Shown piece by piece: positions 8,081-16,289 of a DNA stretch of 32,000 nucleotides. Where the stretch lies: contig WJIL01000134.1 in the NCBI GenBank assembly GCA_014730275.1, positions 1 to 32,000 of the forward strand, read 5' to 3'. The stretch is from Promethearchaeota archaeon. GTDB lineage: Archaea; Asgardarchaeota; Thorarchaeia; Thorarchaeales; Thorarchaeaceae. The number at the start of each line of letters is the position of its first letter. Positions within the stretch are counted from its first letter, which is position 1. Under the pieces are notes generated by a model that saw nothing but the letters and a program-made list of their open reading frames with translations, was not told where the DNA came from and made no database searches. Made by a program: the position numbers and the translations under genes.

Positions 8081-8125
8081 TAACTGATTGTAGGTGATTG
8101 CTTACATCGCAACTCCCTTTTATTC
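8081..8125. repeat. Right copy of the imperfect direct repeat shared with 1522-1560 (core TAACTGATTGTAGGTGATTG)
   Basis: See the left copy at 1522-1560. It sits at the transition from GC-rich island to AT-richer host sequence. Confidence 0.3.
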
Positions 8126-8161
8126 AAAAAATAATACTTATCCAGGAAGAGGTAGATTCCA

Positions 8162-9031
8162 ATGGCCCGAAGAAACGCTCTCCTCATAGTGGTTACAACG
8201 CTGTTGATTCTCATAGCCGTTTCACCATCAGAAACAACTGCTGCACGCACAGGGCCAAACCGTACAATAGCTCCAAGCGCCCAGGTTTTCACGATAGACG
8301 AGTTCACCTACAGGGTTTCCTTCAGGCTATCAGACGGAGTTGAAGTCCTCCTTCTGCGCGGATCGTTCGAGCTCCTGTATTACTATCAGCACCATCACCC
8401 CACCGTCAGCAAACACCACATCTCAGCAGTGTTTGGGTTTTACTATGCGAAATCAGCCCTTGGAAGAACACTGATCCGCTCAGCAGAAGTGGATAGAGTC
8501 GCGTTTTACCCGATGTGGTCGAGCTTTAGTGGACACACCTATGACTGGGTTGATACCGGCCCAGCATTACAACTGAATGATACACTTGTGGACGGGCAGA
8601 TGATTGGAACACGGCCAATGATTACCAACAAGCCCTTGAGCCGCTATCTCCCTAGTTTTGGGGGAATCTTCGTCTTTGAGGGGCTGACTATCAAGCTACG
8701 GGATGGTACATCCATACGGGTTGGTGAAGACCCAATCCGAATCGCATTGGAAAAGGAAAGCAGCAAGATGGATCCCAGAGGCTCCATTGAAGCTATGAAT
8801 GCAAACCTGAGCTATGAATCGAGTGTCCGGTTGATGACACTCACAATCCCATCTGGAGGTGTATCGGGTATCATCACAGCCGATATGCTCACCGCGGTTT
8901 CACTTGCTGGAATCGGTATCGTAGCGGCGACTGTGTTCATTCTCCAACGCACCAACCGTATACATGTTTCTCTGGACCGAATACGAAGTATGCTGCAGCA
9001 AAGGCAAGAAGAAGGTGAACCTGAGTCGTAG
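8162..9031 (+). CDS. Hypothetical secreted or membrane-anchored protein (N-terminal signal/anchor, C-terminal TM helix)
   Basis: ORF on the track. The N-terminus MARRNALLIVVTTLLILIAVSP is hydrophobic and signal-like. The C-terminus LTAVSLAGIGIVAATVFIL is TM-like and followed by a charged tail. Confidence 0.7.
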   Translation: MARRNALLIVVTTLLILIAVSPSETTAARTGPNRTIAPSAQVFTIDEFTYRVSFRLSDGVEVLLLRGSFELLYYYQHHHPTVSKHHISAVFGFYYAKSALGRTLIRSAEVDRVAFYPMWSSFSGHTYDWVDTGPALQLNDTLVDGQMIGTRPMITNKPLSRYLPSFGGIFVFEGLTIKLRDGTSIRVGEDPIRIALEKESSKMDPRGSIEAMNANLSYESSVRLMTLTIPSGGVSGIITADMLTAVSLAGIGIVAATVFILQRTNRIHVSLDRIRSMLQQRQEEGEPES

Positions 9032-9052
9032 AGCGTTGTCTTTACGATAAGG

Positions 9053-9059
9053 TTTAAAA
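9053..9059 (+). promoter_or_regulatory. TATA-box-like TTTAAAA about 29 nt upstream of the 5S rRNA 5' end
   Basis: The spacing is consistent with the archaeal TATA position, near -26 to -30. Confidence 0.4.
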
Positions 9060-9084
9060 CCGTACATCTTCACATCTGAAAATA

Positions 9085-9198
9085 GGCCGGTCACAGCCGT
9101 TGGATCCCACCGGAACCCATTCCGAACTCCGCAGTTAAGTCCAACGACGTTGCGGGACATGTGCGCGCTAGCGCGCGTGACAGGCCCGCAAACTGGCC
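9085..9198 (+). rRNA. rrf: 5S ribosomal RNA (stand-alone, no adjacent 16S/23S)
   Basis: The segment CCCACCGGAACCCATTCCGAACTCCGCAGTTAAGT matches the universal 5S loop-C / helix-III core. The terminal helix GGCCGGT / ACTGGCC closes the molecule with one G-U pair. An internal helix TTGCGGG / CCCGCAA encloses a CGCGC-TAG-GCGCG hairpin. Ends are accurate to about 2 nt. Confidence 0.88.
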
Positions 9199-9302
9199 AT
9201 TCTCTATATTGATGATTTCTTTTCCACGAAAGGAGAGAGCAGACCTATTACATTTTCACGGGCAACTAAACGTTTTAATGGCAACAACAATCTTCTCCTT
9301 TC

Positions 9303-10433
9303 ATGCTCTTACAACTATTCGGCGCCGATGCAGGAGAATTCAGCTGGATTATCCAGTTAGTGTTCTTTGTCTTCATCATGGTGCTCAGCCTGTATGGCCA
9401 ACGGATACAGATGTGGCAGTGGCTGAAGCAGATAGAAGCAGGTTTGATTGAACTGAAACAGATGGCAATTAAATCAAGGCAGACCGCCATTGATACGTTT
9501 AAGAAGTACGGTAGAGAAGAGGAAGTAGTGGCGGAAGAAGTAGACCGATGGTTGGACTATTTCACCATCCGGCCTGTAGATCTTGATCCCGCGGGAGTTC
9601 TTGAACGGCTTGAACATATCCTTGAGGAGAGGAAAGACCGCTTTGAAGAATTCACCGAGGAGTTGGCACCAGAAGCACCAGACGAAGTGAGGAGCAATCT
9701 GGAGAACACACTCGAAGTGACTCAGGTACTGTCTCTGATTTTCCGCGTTGTGAGACATTACTATCTCTTGGGCAAAAAACACGGCAGTCAGATTATGATC
9801 ATGCAGATACAGATGCAGCTGCCCGAATTACTCCGACTCGCCAAAGCATACTTCGATGCGATGGGAGCTTTCTCGGAAGGGAAGCCGATAGGCGACGGTA
9901 TAGGTCCCTTGGCAGTAACCAAGTTTGCGCGAGAACAGGGTATAGATAGCGAGAGTTATGTTTCTGAAATCACCAGGGGCGTTGGCTATTACCCTGTGGA
10001 ATACGAGGGGCGAACAATCTACGCACTTCGTGCAACCGGCCCGGGTGGCACAGTAGGAAAGCCGGGCTTCGCAGTAAAGAAGTTGGTAGATGAGAACCCA
10101 GGCAAAATTCGAAGGATAATAACCGTTGATGCGGCACTCAAACTCGAAGGAGAAGAACTTGGCAGAGTTTCTGAAGGTACAGGAGCGGCCATTGGAGATC
10201 CTGGACCCGAGAAACACGCCATAGAGGAAGTTGCAACGAAGAACGGTATTGGCCTTGAAGCAGTTGTGATAAAGGAAAATGAAACTGCAGCCGTTGGTGT
10301 GATGGATAAGAAAATCCTCGATGCCGTACCTGAGGTAATAGAACGGATTAAGGATGCAATCCATAAGCGAACGAAAACTGGAGACCATATCATTCTCGCG
10401 GGTATAGGCAATACTATCGGCATAGGACTGTGA
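9303..10433 (+). CDS. Conserved archaeal membrane-anchored protein, DUF1512-like (family assignment from memory of size and architecture, unverified)
   Basis: 376-aa ORF with an N-terminal TM helix (FSWIIQLVFFVFIMVLSLY). A TATA-like TTTTAAT sits about 30 nt upstream of the ATG, which suggests a leaderless transcript. Confidence 0.75.
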   Translation: MLLQLFGADAGEFSWIIQLVFFVFIMVLSLYGQRIQMWQWLKQIEAGLIELKQMAIKSRQTAIDTFKKYGREEEVVAEEVDRWLDYFTIRPVDLDPAGVLERLEHILEERKDRFEEFTEELAPEAPDEVRSNLENTLEVTQVLSLIFRVVRHYYLLGKKHGSQIMIMQIQMQLPELLRLAKAYFDAMGAFSEGKPIGDGIGPLAVTKFAREQGIDSESYVSEITRGVGYYPVEYEGRTIYALRATGPGGTVGKPGFAVKKLVDENPGKIRRIITVDAALKLEGEELGRVSEGTGAAIGDPGPEKHAIEEVATKNGIGLEAVVIKENETAAVGVMDKKILDAVPEVIERIKDAIHKRTKTGDHIILAGIGNTIGIGL

Positions 10434-10439
10434 TTCAAA

Positions 10440-10871
10440 ATGAGCAAGTTACTGAAGGCAATTGGAATCGTATTTGCTGCGGCTGGAGCTATAGTAGTCT
10501 TCTATGGCATGACGTTTGGAGAAGATCTCTGGTCATATGTTCTGTTCTTTCTCGGCTTAGTGGGTATGTCGATAGGATTCAGTCTTTTGACAGCAGGAAG
10601 AGGTGGCGAAGAGATGGAACCGCCGCCGCCAACCGTTACCGAGATTCGATGTTCATCTCCAGACTGTGACTTCAAAGAAATCCGTGATTTCGAAGAAGGA
10701 GATTATGTTCTGAAAGTACTGGATAAGGGATGCCCCAAATGCGAGGGGAAAATGGTGATTGAGGGGGTCTACGTCGTGCGTGAGGAAGAAGAGGCGGAAA
10801 AAGGGCGCTTCTCAGTCCCCCAAGGTCAAGGTGAGGGTCCGCCCCCGTCCAACAAACACGGTATGTTCTGA
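10440..10871 (+). CDS. Small membrane protein with a C-terminal zinc ribbon (CSSPDC...CPKCEG)
   Basis: ORF on the track with two N-terminal hydrophobic helices and a CxxxxC...CxxC pair. Its 3' end overlaps the convergent MetAP gene by 60 nt. Confidence 0.6.
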   Translation: MSKLLKAIGIVFAAAGAIVVFYGMTFGEDLWSYVLFFLGLVGMSIGFSLLTAGRGGEEMEPPPPTVTEIRCSSPDCDFKEIRDFEEGDYVLKVLDKGCPKCEGKMVIEGVYVVREEEEAEKGRFSVPQGQGEGPPPSNKHGMF

Positions 10872-11711
10872 CTGGCTTACAGGTCGGTTCCCCTTCTCAA
10901 CCAGAACGGGATAGGCTTTGATTGCATTTGAATCCAAAAGCTTCGTAAATTCTTTCTCAACATTCAGGCCTCCATCCCGTGTTCCAACCCATCTGGCTGC
11001 AAACGGAAGAGGGCCATACGTCTTCAGCAAGTGGTCTCTCAGTTTCTGGGTCACGTCATCAAGCGAGGCTTCGGTTCGCGTATTTGAGAAGATGTAGGTA
11101 TATTTTGTATCCGCTACTTTTCCAGTACCGGTTGTGGCGAAAGGTTCAATCGCATATATGTCGCCCACCTCTATTTTGTCAGTGAATCGCTGTTTCACAT
11201 TCGGAACCTGTTTACCAGCATGGAGTCGAAACCGTTTCATCTGGTGACCGCTGAGATTACGAATAGGTCTCAAGCCATAGGCACGGATTACTTCCTCTAT
11301 TTTCGATCCCACTTCACCCAACGATACACCGGGTCGCATGAGACTGATAGCTTCTTGTAACGCATCATCCGTTGCAGCAATGAAGCCTTCCAATTCCCCA
11401 TCCATATCTACCGTACGAGCCGTATCCGCTATGTAGCCATCCACATGAACTCCAATATCGAGCTTCACCAAGCCGCTATCAGGGATTGTGGAATCGTCAT
11501 TTCGGGGAGAGGTGTAATGGGCGGCAATATGATCAATAGACACATTGCAGGGAAATGCTGGTTTCGCCCCCATTTCAGTGATTCTGGATTCAGCATACTC
11601 ACATACTTCCAGAATATTCATACCAGGTTCTAATTTGTCCGCAGTATCATCCCGTACTTTTGCCGCGATTTTGCCGGCTTTCCGCTGAGCTGCTTTCGGT
11701 TCTTCAACCAT
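10812..11711 (-). CDS. map: Methionine aminopeptidase, archaeal type 2 (copy 1)
   Basis: Pita-bread fold metal ligands are recognisable: KLDIGVHVDGYIAD, SGHQM, AIEPF and SQSEHTV. The length of 299 aa is typical of archaeal MetAP. Confidence 0.9.
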   Translation of the reverse strand: MVEEPKAAQRKAGKIAAKVRDDTADKLEPGMNILEVCEYAESRITEMGAKPAFPCNVSIDHIAAHYTSPRNDDSTIPDSGLVKLDIGVHVDGYIADTARTVDMDGELEGFIAATDDALQEAISLMRPGVSLGEVGSKIEEVIRAYGLRPIRNLSGHQMKRFRLHAGKQVPNVKQRFTDKIEVGDIYAIEPFATTGTGKVADTKYTYIFSNTRTEASLDDVTQKLRDHLLKTYGPLPFAARWVGTRDGGLNVEKEFTKLLDSNAIKAYPVLVEKGNRPVSQSEHTVFVGRGRTLTLTLGD

Positions 11712-11723
11712 GTATTTATCCTC

Positions 11724-12617
11724 CTAGAGCATTGTGGTGACAATAGCTCCGTCTTCTGCGACGAATACTGTATGTTCTTTCTGGGAGACCATGCCATCCT
11801 TCCCATCCAACAGTACCGGGTAGCCAAGTATCACCCTTTTACGTAGCAGAGTTTTGAGTTGGTGCGTCATATCCAAGTTCGTATCATATATCCACCGCGA
11901 AGCCCAAGGTAAGGATCCGAATAGACGTCGCGCTTTATCGCGGAGTCGTTTAGTTTCTCCTTCCAGATGTGTTCCACATGATAAGTTATTCCTGAAAATA
12001 TACATCCTCCGGTCACTAGTAATGGAACCGTCTCCATCTGTGGCAAAGGGCTCGATTGCAAAGGTATCGCCAGCCCTCATTGTGCTCCCCATTTTTGAGC
12101 CAACATTTGGTACATTGCGACCAGCATGTAGCGTCCATGGTTTGAGTTCATGGCCTGACAGCTGGTACACTGGTTGTAAATCGTGATTTCGAATTGCTTC
12201 CTCAATGGCGGCGCCAACTTGACCGGTCTTGATGCCGGGGCTGACTACCTCGATTGCGGCTTGAAGGGCATCCTCCACTGCGGCAATGTAGTGTCCAAAA
12301 GAACCGTCTAAATCAATCGTACTAGCCGTATCAGATATGTGACCGTTAACATGGGCACCGAGATCAATCTTGATCAGTCCTTTTTCCGGGATTTTCCGTG
12401 TATCTCCGTAGGGACTGGAGTAATGGGCTGCCTCACTGTTTATGGAAACGTTGCAGGGGAAAGCAGGATATGCACCTGTTTCGCGTATTTTTTGCTCCGC
12501 AAATTCACATATATCAATGACGCTTCTCCCCGGCGTCACGAGAGTTACGGTTTCATCAAGGACCCTTGCTGCGATTCGTCCTGCTTCTAGTGAGTCCGGG
12601 TGCGGTTTAGGTGCCAT
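11724..12617 (-). CDS. map: Methionine aminopeptidase, archaeal type 2 (copy 2, tandem paralog)
   Basis: KIDLGAHVNGHISD, SGHEL, AIEPF and SQKEHTV are all present, so every ligand position is retained. It lies 12 nt from copy 1 on the same strand. Confidence 0.9.
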   Translation of the reverse strand: MAPKPHPDSLEAGRIAARVLDETVTLVTPGRSVIDICEFAEQKIRETGAYPAFPCNVSINSEAAHYSSPYGDTRKIPEKGLIKIDLGAHVNGHISDTASTIDLDGSFGHYIAAVEDALQAAIEVVSPGIKTGQVGAAIEEAIRNHDLQPVYQLSGHELKPWTLHAGRNVPNVGSKMGSTMRAGDTFAIEPFATDGDGSITSDRRMYIFRNNLSCGTHLEGETKRLRDKARRLFGSLPWASRWIYDTNLDMTHQLKTLLRKRVILGYPVLLDGKDGMVSQKEHTVFVAEDGAIVTTML

Positions 12618-12753
12618 CTCAATCTCAACAGAGAAGTTCTCCTATCTTCTATCTTTAAGCTGTTCTATGACGCAGCGATAAGAGACATCATAACGAAACA
12701 TAGAAGTTTGGGGGAGGGTAATGAAGACTAGAAGACAGGAGATAAGGAATATC

Positions 12754-13428
12754 ATGAAATTAACGTATCTTGGACATGCAGGATTCAAAGTCGAATCGGA
12801 CGACAAGATTATCTATCTAGACCCATGGCTTGGCGGACCAGCATCACCTATGGATGTTAATGATGTAGATGATGCAGATATCGTCTTGGTGACGCATGAT
12901 CATCAAGATCATGGTTATGCAGAAGCAAGAAAAATCTGTGAAGAAACAGGCGCCTATTTCGTTGCAATTAACGAACTGGCCATTGATGCCAAGAAAAAGG
13001 GGTTAGAGAAGGTTCACACTCTCAACATTGGTGGTAGTATAGATATAGATGGTGTGCGCGTGACTCTTGTACAGGCGTTCCATTCATGTGGCAAAGGAGC
13101 ACCAACTGGTTTCGTTGTCAAGATGCCGAGCTTCTCGTTCTACCATGCGGGTGATACCGGGGTATTTTCAAGTATGAAACTGTTCCGCGAATTGTACTCA
13201 CCAGATTTGGCTATGCTCCCGATTGGATCATATTACACGATGGATGAAAAGCAAGCAGCCTTGGCTACTGAGCTGGTGAGGCCGAAGATAGCAGTACCGA
13301 TGCACTATGATACATTCCCACCAATAAAGGCAGACCCGGACAAATTCAAGAAATTGGTAAAAGACAGGACTCCAGATACCGATGTTGAAGTCATCGAACC
13401 TGGTGAGAGCAAGGAATTTGTATTCTAA
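12754..13428 (+). CDS. Metallo-beta-lactamase-fold hydrolase (UPF0173-like)
   Basis: The HxHxDH motif is present as THDHQDHG. I prefer the internal start MKLTYLGHAGF at 12754 over the track start at 12721, based on the typical family N-terminus. Confidence 0.85.
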   Translation: MKLTYLGHAGFKVESDDKIIYLDPWLGGPASPMDVNDVDDADIVLVTHDHQDHGYAEARKICEETGAYFVAINELAIDAKKKGLEKVHTLNIGGSIDIDGVRVTLVQAFHSCGKGAPTGFVVKMPSFSFYHAGDTGVFSSMKLFRELYSPDLAMLPIGSYYTMDEKQAALATELVRPKIAVPMHYDTFPPIKADPDKFKKLVKDRTPDTDVEVIEPGESKEFVF

Positions 13429-13459
13429 AGGGTGTTACATAATCAGATGAAACAATAAT

Positions 13460-13566
13460 CCGGTTGATACTGTAGCCCAATGCACTAACGCCCAGCATCC
13501 TCGCATCAGAGGTTGCCTCTGGCTTCGCTGGGATGTCTCATGTTGGGCATCGTACGTATCAACCGG
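13460..13566. other. Rod-like nested-helix element (candidate small structured RNA or MITE-like palindrome) in a 790-bp non-coding gap
   Basis: The closing helix is 11 bp, CCGGTTGATAC (13460-13470) with GTATCAACCGG (13556-13566). Nested inside are GCCCAA / TTGGGC (13475-13480 / 13543-13548), CCCAGC / GCTGGG (13491-13496 / 13527-13532) and CAGAGG-TTG-CCTCTG (13507-13521). I could not recognise any known RNA family signature (RNase P, SRP or C/D box). Confidence 0.35.
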
Positions 13567-14215
13567 CCGCTGATGTATGATGCCGGGGTGACTCATGGTT
13601 CATCCTAGGGTGTTCACCCATATCACCAGAGTCCGTTACGGCTCACTTGTATCTCAAGCGGATACGCTCAGCCTGTCCCCACCTTTTATGCGCAATCACA
13701 TCATCGAAAATCTCAGTGTGCCCTCGAAAGGGGGTTATATCATCTGAGCTGGTTATGTTAGCGTTTGAACAGTTATTAGCTTTCGCAAACAAGAGAACAG
13801 TTTTCAGCCTTCAAAAAGCCACGCTGACTGTTTTTTGAAATCAAAATGTGACTATAGCGACATCTTCAAATATGCACATGGATTCTTGGCCATGTAAGGC
13901 CTAATAGCATAATACAGCTAAGCTTTACCATTATCATATCATCACATCACAAGTGTCATGGCGACCTCAATCGGATAGTACAGAATCAGTATATGCCTGA
14001 CCAATCATACGAGACTTACAATTCATAGGTTCATTCGTTCATCACCCAAACAGCATGAACACACACAGTAAACCGGATTCCAACGAAGAATCAGGTAGAT
14101 GTTCATGAGATAGGTGAAACGGTATAATTCGCCGTTATGATTAGTTGCGCATAATAGGTACTGGCTATTCCGTTGGGGCATGTGACAAGTTTACAAAGAA
14201 AAGGAGTTACGTATA

Positions 14216-15514
14216 TTGGGAGCAGGCGACTTTGATAATTCAACTGCCAAGTACGTTATTAGAGCGAAGATTGAGATAGACGGCGTTGTTGACAAGCCAG
14301 ATGTCGTTGGTGCAATATTCGGTCAAACAGAAGGATTACTGGGCGAAGACTTGGATCTCAGGGAACTTCAACGAAGCGGACGTATTGGTAGAATTCAGAT
14401 TGGAATCAAATCAGAGAAAGGAAAAAGCAAAGGAGAAATCGTAATACCCGTCTCGATGGATAGAACTGCAACTGCTATCCTTGCTGCGTCAATGGAAACA
14501 GTTGATCGGGTTGGTCCATGTTCAGCTGAGGTGACTCTGCAGAAAGTAGAAGATATCCGCGGAGCTAAGCGCAGAAGAGTGGTCAGCAGAGCAATTAGTA
14601 TCTTAAAAGGATGGGAAGAAGAAATCGCTCCAGGCGCTGATGAGATAACGGATGCGGTGACGAAGGCAAAGAAGAGGGGTATCACCAAGTACGGTGAAGA
14701 TAAACTCCCCGCAGGCCCCAGTATGCCCGATAGCGACGAAGTAATCATAGTCGAGGGGCGGGCCGATGTCATTAATCTGATGAAGAGTGGTGTAACGAAT
14801 ACAATCTCAGCAGAAGGAACGAATATCCCCGAGTCGATTTCGGAGCTTTCTAAGAAAAAGGGAAAAGAGATCACAGCCTTTTTGGATGGTGACCGAGGTG
14901 GTGACCTGATACTTCGAGAACTCATGCAGGTTGCGGACATTGATTATATTGCACGAGCACCAAAGGGCAAGGAAGTTGAGGATTTGGATCGGAAAGCGGT
15001 ATCTAGAGCTCTTAAGAGGAAAATACCCGCTAAACAGGCCCTAAGCTTGCTAGAGAAAGACAAGAAGAAAGAAGAAGAAGAAGAAGAAGAAGAAGAAGAG
15101 AAGAAAGAGATTAGCAGGAAGAAAAGGACACCCAGCAAAAAGAAAGAGAAGAAACCTTCGCGCAAGAAGAAAGAAGAACGAAAACCACGTAAGAAACGAC
15201 CCCCAGAACGTAAGAAGGAGCGTGTAAACAAGGTTTATGTCAAGAAGGCGAAGGAACTGAAAGAGAGCTTCAAAGCTGCAGTCTTTGACAGGAATGACGA
15301 TCTCGTCAAGGAGTGCAAAGCTGCTGAACTAACGGATGTATTGAATTCGCTAGATGAAGCTAAAGCCATTGTTCTTGATGGTGTTGTAACACAGCGCCTT
15401 GTTGATACTGCGAAGGCGAAAGGTGTCAAAATCATTATTGCTGCGGCAACAGCTGAAATAGAGAGTAAACCTCGAGCCATGAAGCTAATTATGTTCGAGA
15501 AACTTAATCTATAA
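14216..15514 (+). CDS. dnaG: Archaeal DnaG primase / Toprim protein with a Lys/Glu-rich low-complexity insertion
   Basis: The N-terminal signature is KYVIRAKIEIDGVVDKPDVVGAIFGQTEGLLGEDLDLRELQRSGRIGRI. Toprim segments are IIVEGRADV and LDGDRGGDL. The start is TTG, with AAGGAG 8 nt upstream. Confidence 0.9.
   Translation: MGAGDFDNSTAKYVIRAKIEIDGVVDKPDVVGAIFGQTEGLLGEDLDLRELQRSGRIGRIQIGIKSEKGKSKGEIVIPVSMDRTATAILAASMETVDRVGPCSAEVTLQKVEDIRGAKRRRVVSRAISILKGWEEEIAPGADEITDAVTKAKKRGITKYGEDKLPAGPSMPDSDEVIIVEGRADVINLMKSGVTNTISAEGTNIPESISELSKKKGKEITAFLDGDRGGDLILRELMQVADIDYIARAPKGKEVEDLDRKAVSRALKRKIPAKQALSLLEKDKKKEEEEEEEEEEKKEISRKKRTPSKKKEKKPSRKKKEERKPRKKRPPERKKERVNKVYVKKAKELKESFKAAVFDRNDDLVKECKAAELTDVLNSLDEAKAIVLDGVVTQRLVDTAKAKGVKIIIAAATAEIESKPRAMKLIMFEKLNL
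15071..15097 (+). repeat. (GAA)9 microsatellite inside dnaG, encoding a poly-Glu run
   Basis: Read directly from the sequence; it is in frame as Glu codons. Confidence 0.95.
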
Positions 15515-15536
15515 CTGATGTTTCGAATAGCAATTA

Positions 15537-15557
15537 AGCGGGGAATCCCACCCCGCT
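15537..15557 (+). terminator. Hairpin AGCGGGG-AATCCCA-CCCCGCT downstream of dnaG, followed by a T-rich tract
   Basis: Perfect 7-bp stem, 22 nt after the dnaG stop. Archaeal termination mainly uses oligo-T, so its role is uncertain. Confidence 0.3.
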
Positions 15558-15688
15558 CCGCTACTGGAACCTTTATTTGAACAACTAAAAGCCCAAGTCT
15601 TGTATCAAGGGAAATCTCCTATCTGCATTTGGGAACCACAGTGGTAACCAATCAGATAGAACCCGAGAAATACAGAGAGCTGGTTACA

Positions 15689-16132
15689 ATGGCAAAAACA
15701 TTCACTGCAAAACTACATAAAACGGACAAAGAAAAGGTTCACAATATCACGCTTGGAGGAGATAAGACGACTGATGTCTGTCCACCCCCAGATATGGACA
15801 AGCATGATGGTGCTACCAGTCCTCATCATTTGTTCTTGTCTTCAATTGGCGGATGTGTGAATTTGGTGTTTGATATAGCACTACAAAAGGGGCACATAGA
15901 ATTCAGTAACATAACATCTGAGATTTCGGGTGAGTATGTCACAGATGAGGACACTCAGAGAAGTGCTTTCGAGTCCATCAGTATTGACACCACCGTGACA
16001 GTACCAAAAGACGCTAATGAGACGCGAATCAAGAAGCTCTTCGATATGGCAAAGGATAATTGCCCGATCGGAAATTGTCTGATTGGCTCTTGTGTTAAAC
16101 TGGTTACGAACCTCAACATCGAATACGAATAG
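15689..16132 (+). CDS. OsmC/Ohr-family peroxiredoxin-like protein
   Basis: Two family-typical Cys contexts are present (SIGGCVNLV and DNCPIGNCL), and the size is about 147 aa. I prefer the ATG at 15689 over the TTG at 15629. Confidence 0.7.
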   Translation: MAKTFTAKLHKTDKEKVHNITLGGDKTTDVCPPPDMDKHDGATSPHHLFLSSIGGCVNLVFDIALQKGHIEFSNITSEISGEYVTDEDTQRSAFESISIDTTVTVPKDANETRIKKLFDMAKDNCPIGNCLIGSCVKLVTNLNIEYE

Positions 16133-16178
16133 ACATTGGTGTAAGCTTAGAATGTGCTACTGAAGGGTTCTCCCCCTT

Positions 16179-16193
16179 CTCTTTTTTTCTTTA
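16179..16193 (+). terminator. Oligo-T tract (CTCTTTTTTTCTTT) after the OsmC-like gene
   Basis: A T7 run about 50 nt after the stop, in the style of an archaeal oligo-T terminator. Confidence 0.35.
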
Positions 16194-16289
16194 TAATCTG
16201 TTTTCAATTATCAGACGAGTGCTGCGTACATAATACACAGTATTATCTCAGTTAATCATCTGGGTAGCACATGCAAGAGGTTACCAGAT

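Noticed and set aside
8900-9451. ORFs 8900-9160 (minus) and 9161-9451 (plus)
   Set aside because: They overlap the 5S rRNA gene and its flanks. They show no coding signal and their arrangement conflicts with the well-supported RNA gene.
9828-10447. Minus-strand ORFs 9828-10388 and 10019-10447
   Set aside because: They are antisense shadows of the DUF1512-like gene, which has a clear N-terminal TM helix and coherent composition.
10812-10871. 60-nt convergent overlap between the zinc-ribbon membrane protein gene and MetAP copy 1
   Set aside because: Both ends are fixed by stop codons, so the overlap is real at the ORF level. It most likely reflects non-essential C-terminal tails, and I see no evidence of a functional antisense arrangement.
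13570-13760. C/D-box sRNA in the long intergenic gap (ATGATG and CTGA strings on both strands)
   Set aside because: The box-like strings have wrong spacing, 21-26 nt instead of about 12 nt guides. They also have imperfect C boxes and no terminal pairing.
15061-15231. Possible CRISPR or other spaced-repeat array (also considered at 27300-27625)
   Set aside because: The first is an in-frame trinucleotide and low-complexity coding tract. The second is a two-copy tRNA locus duplication. No short repeat/spacer periodicity is seen anywhere in the window, and there are no cas genes.
14395-15480. Minus-strand ORFs 14395-14940, 14944-15231 and 15235-15480
   Set aside because: They are antisense to dnaG. 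The middle one is the poly-Ser/Phe mirror of the GAA/AAG-rich insertion.
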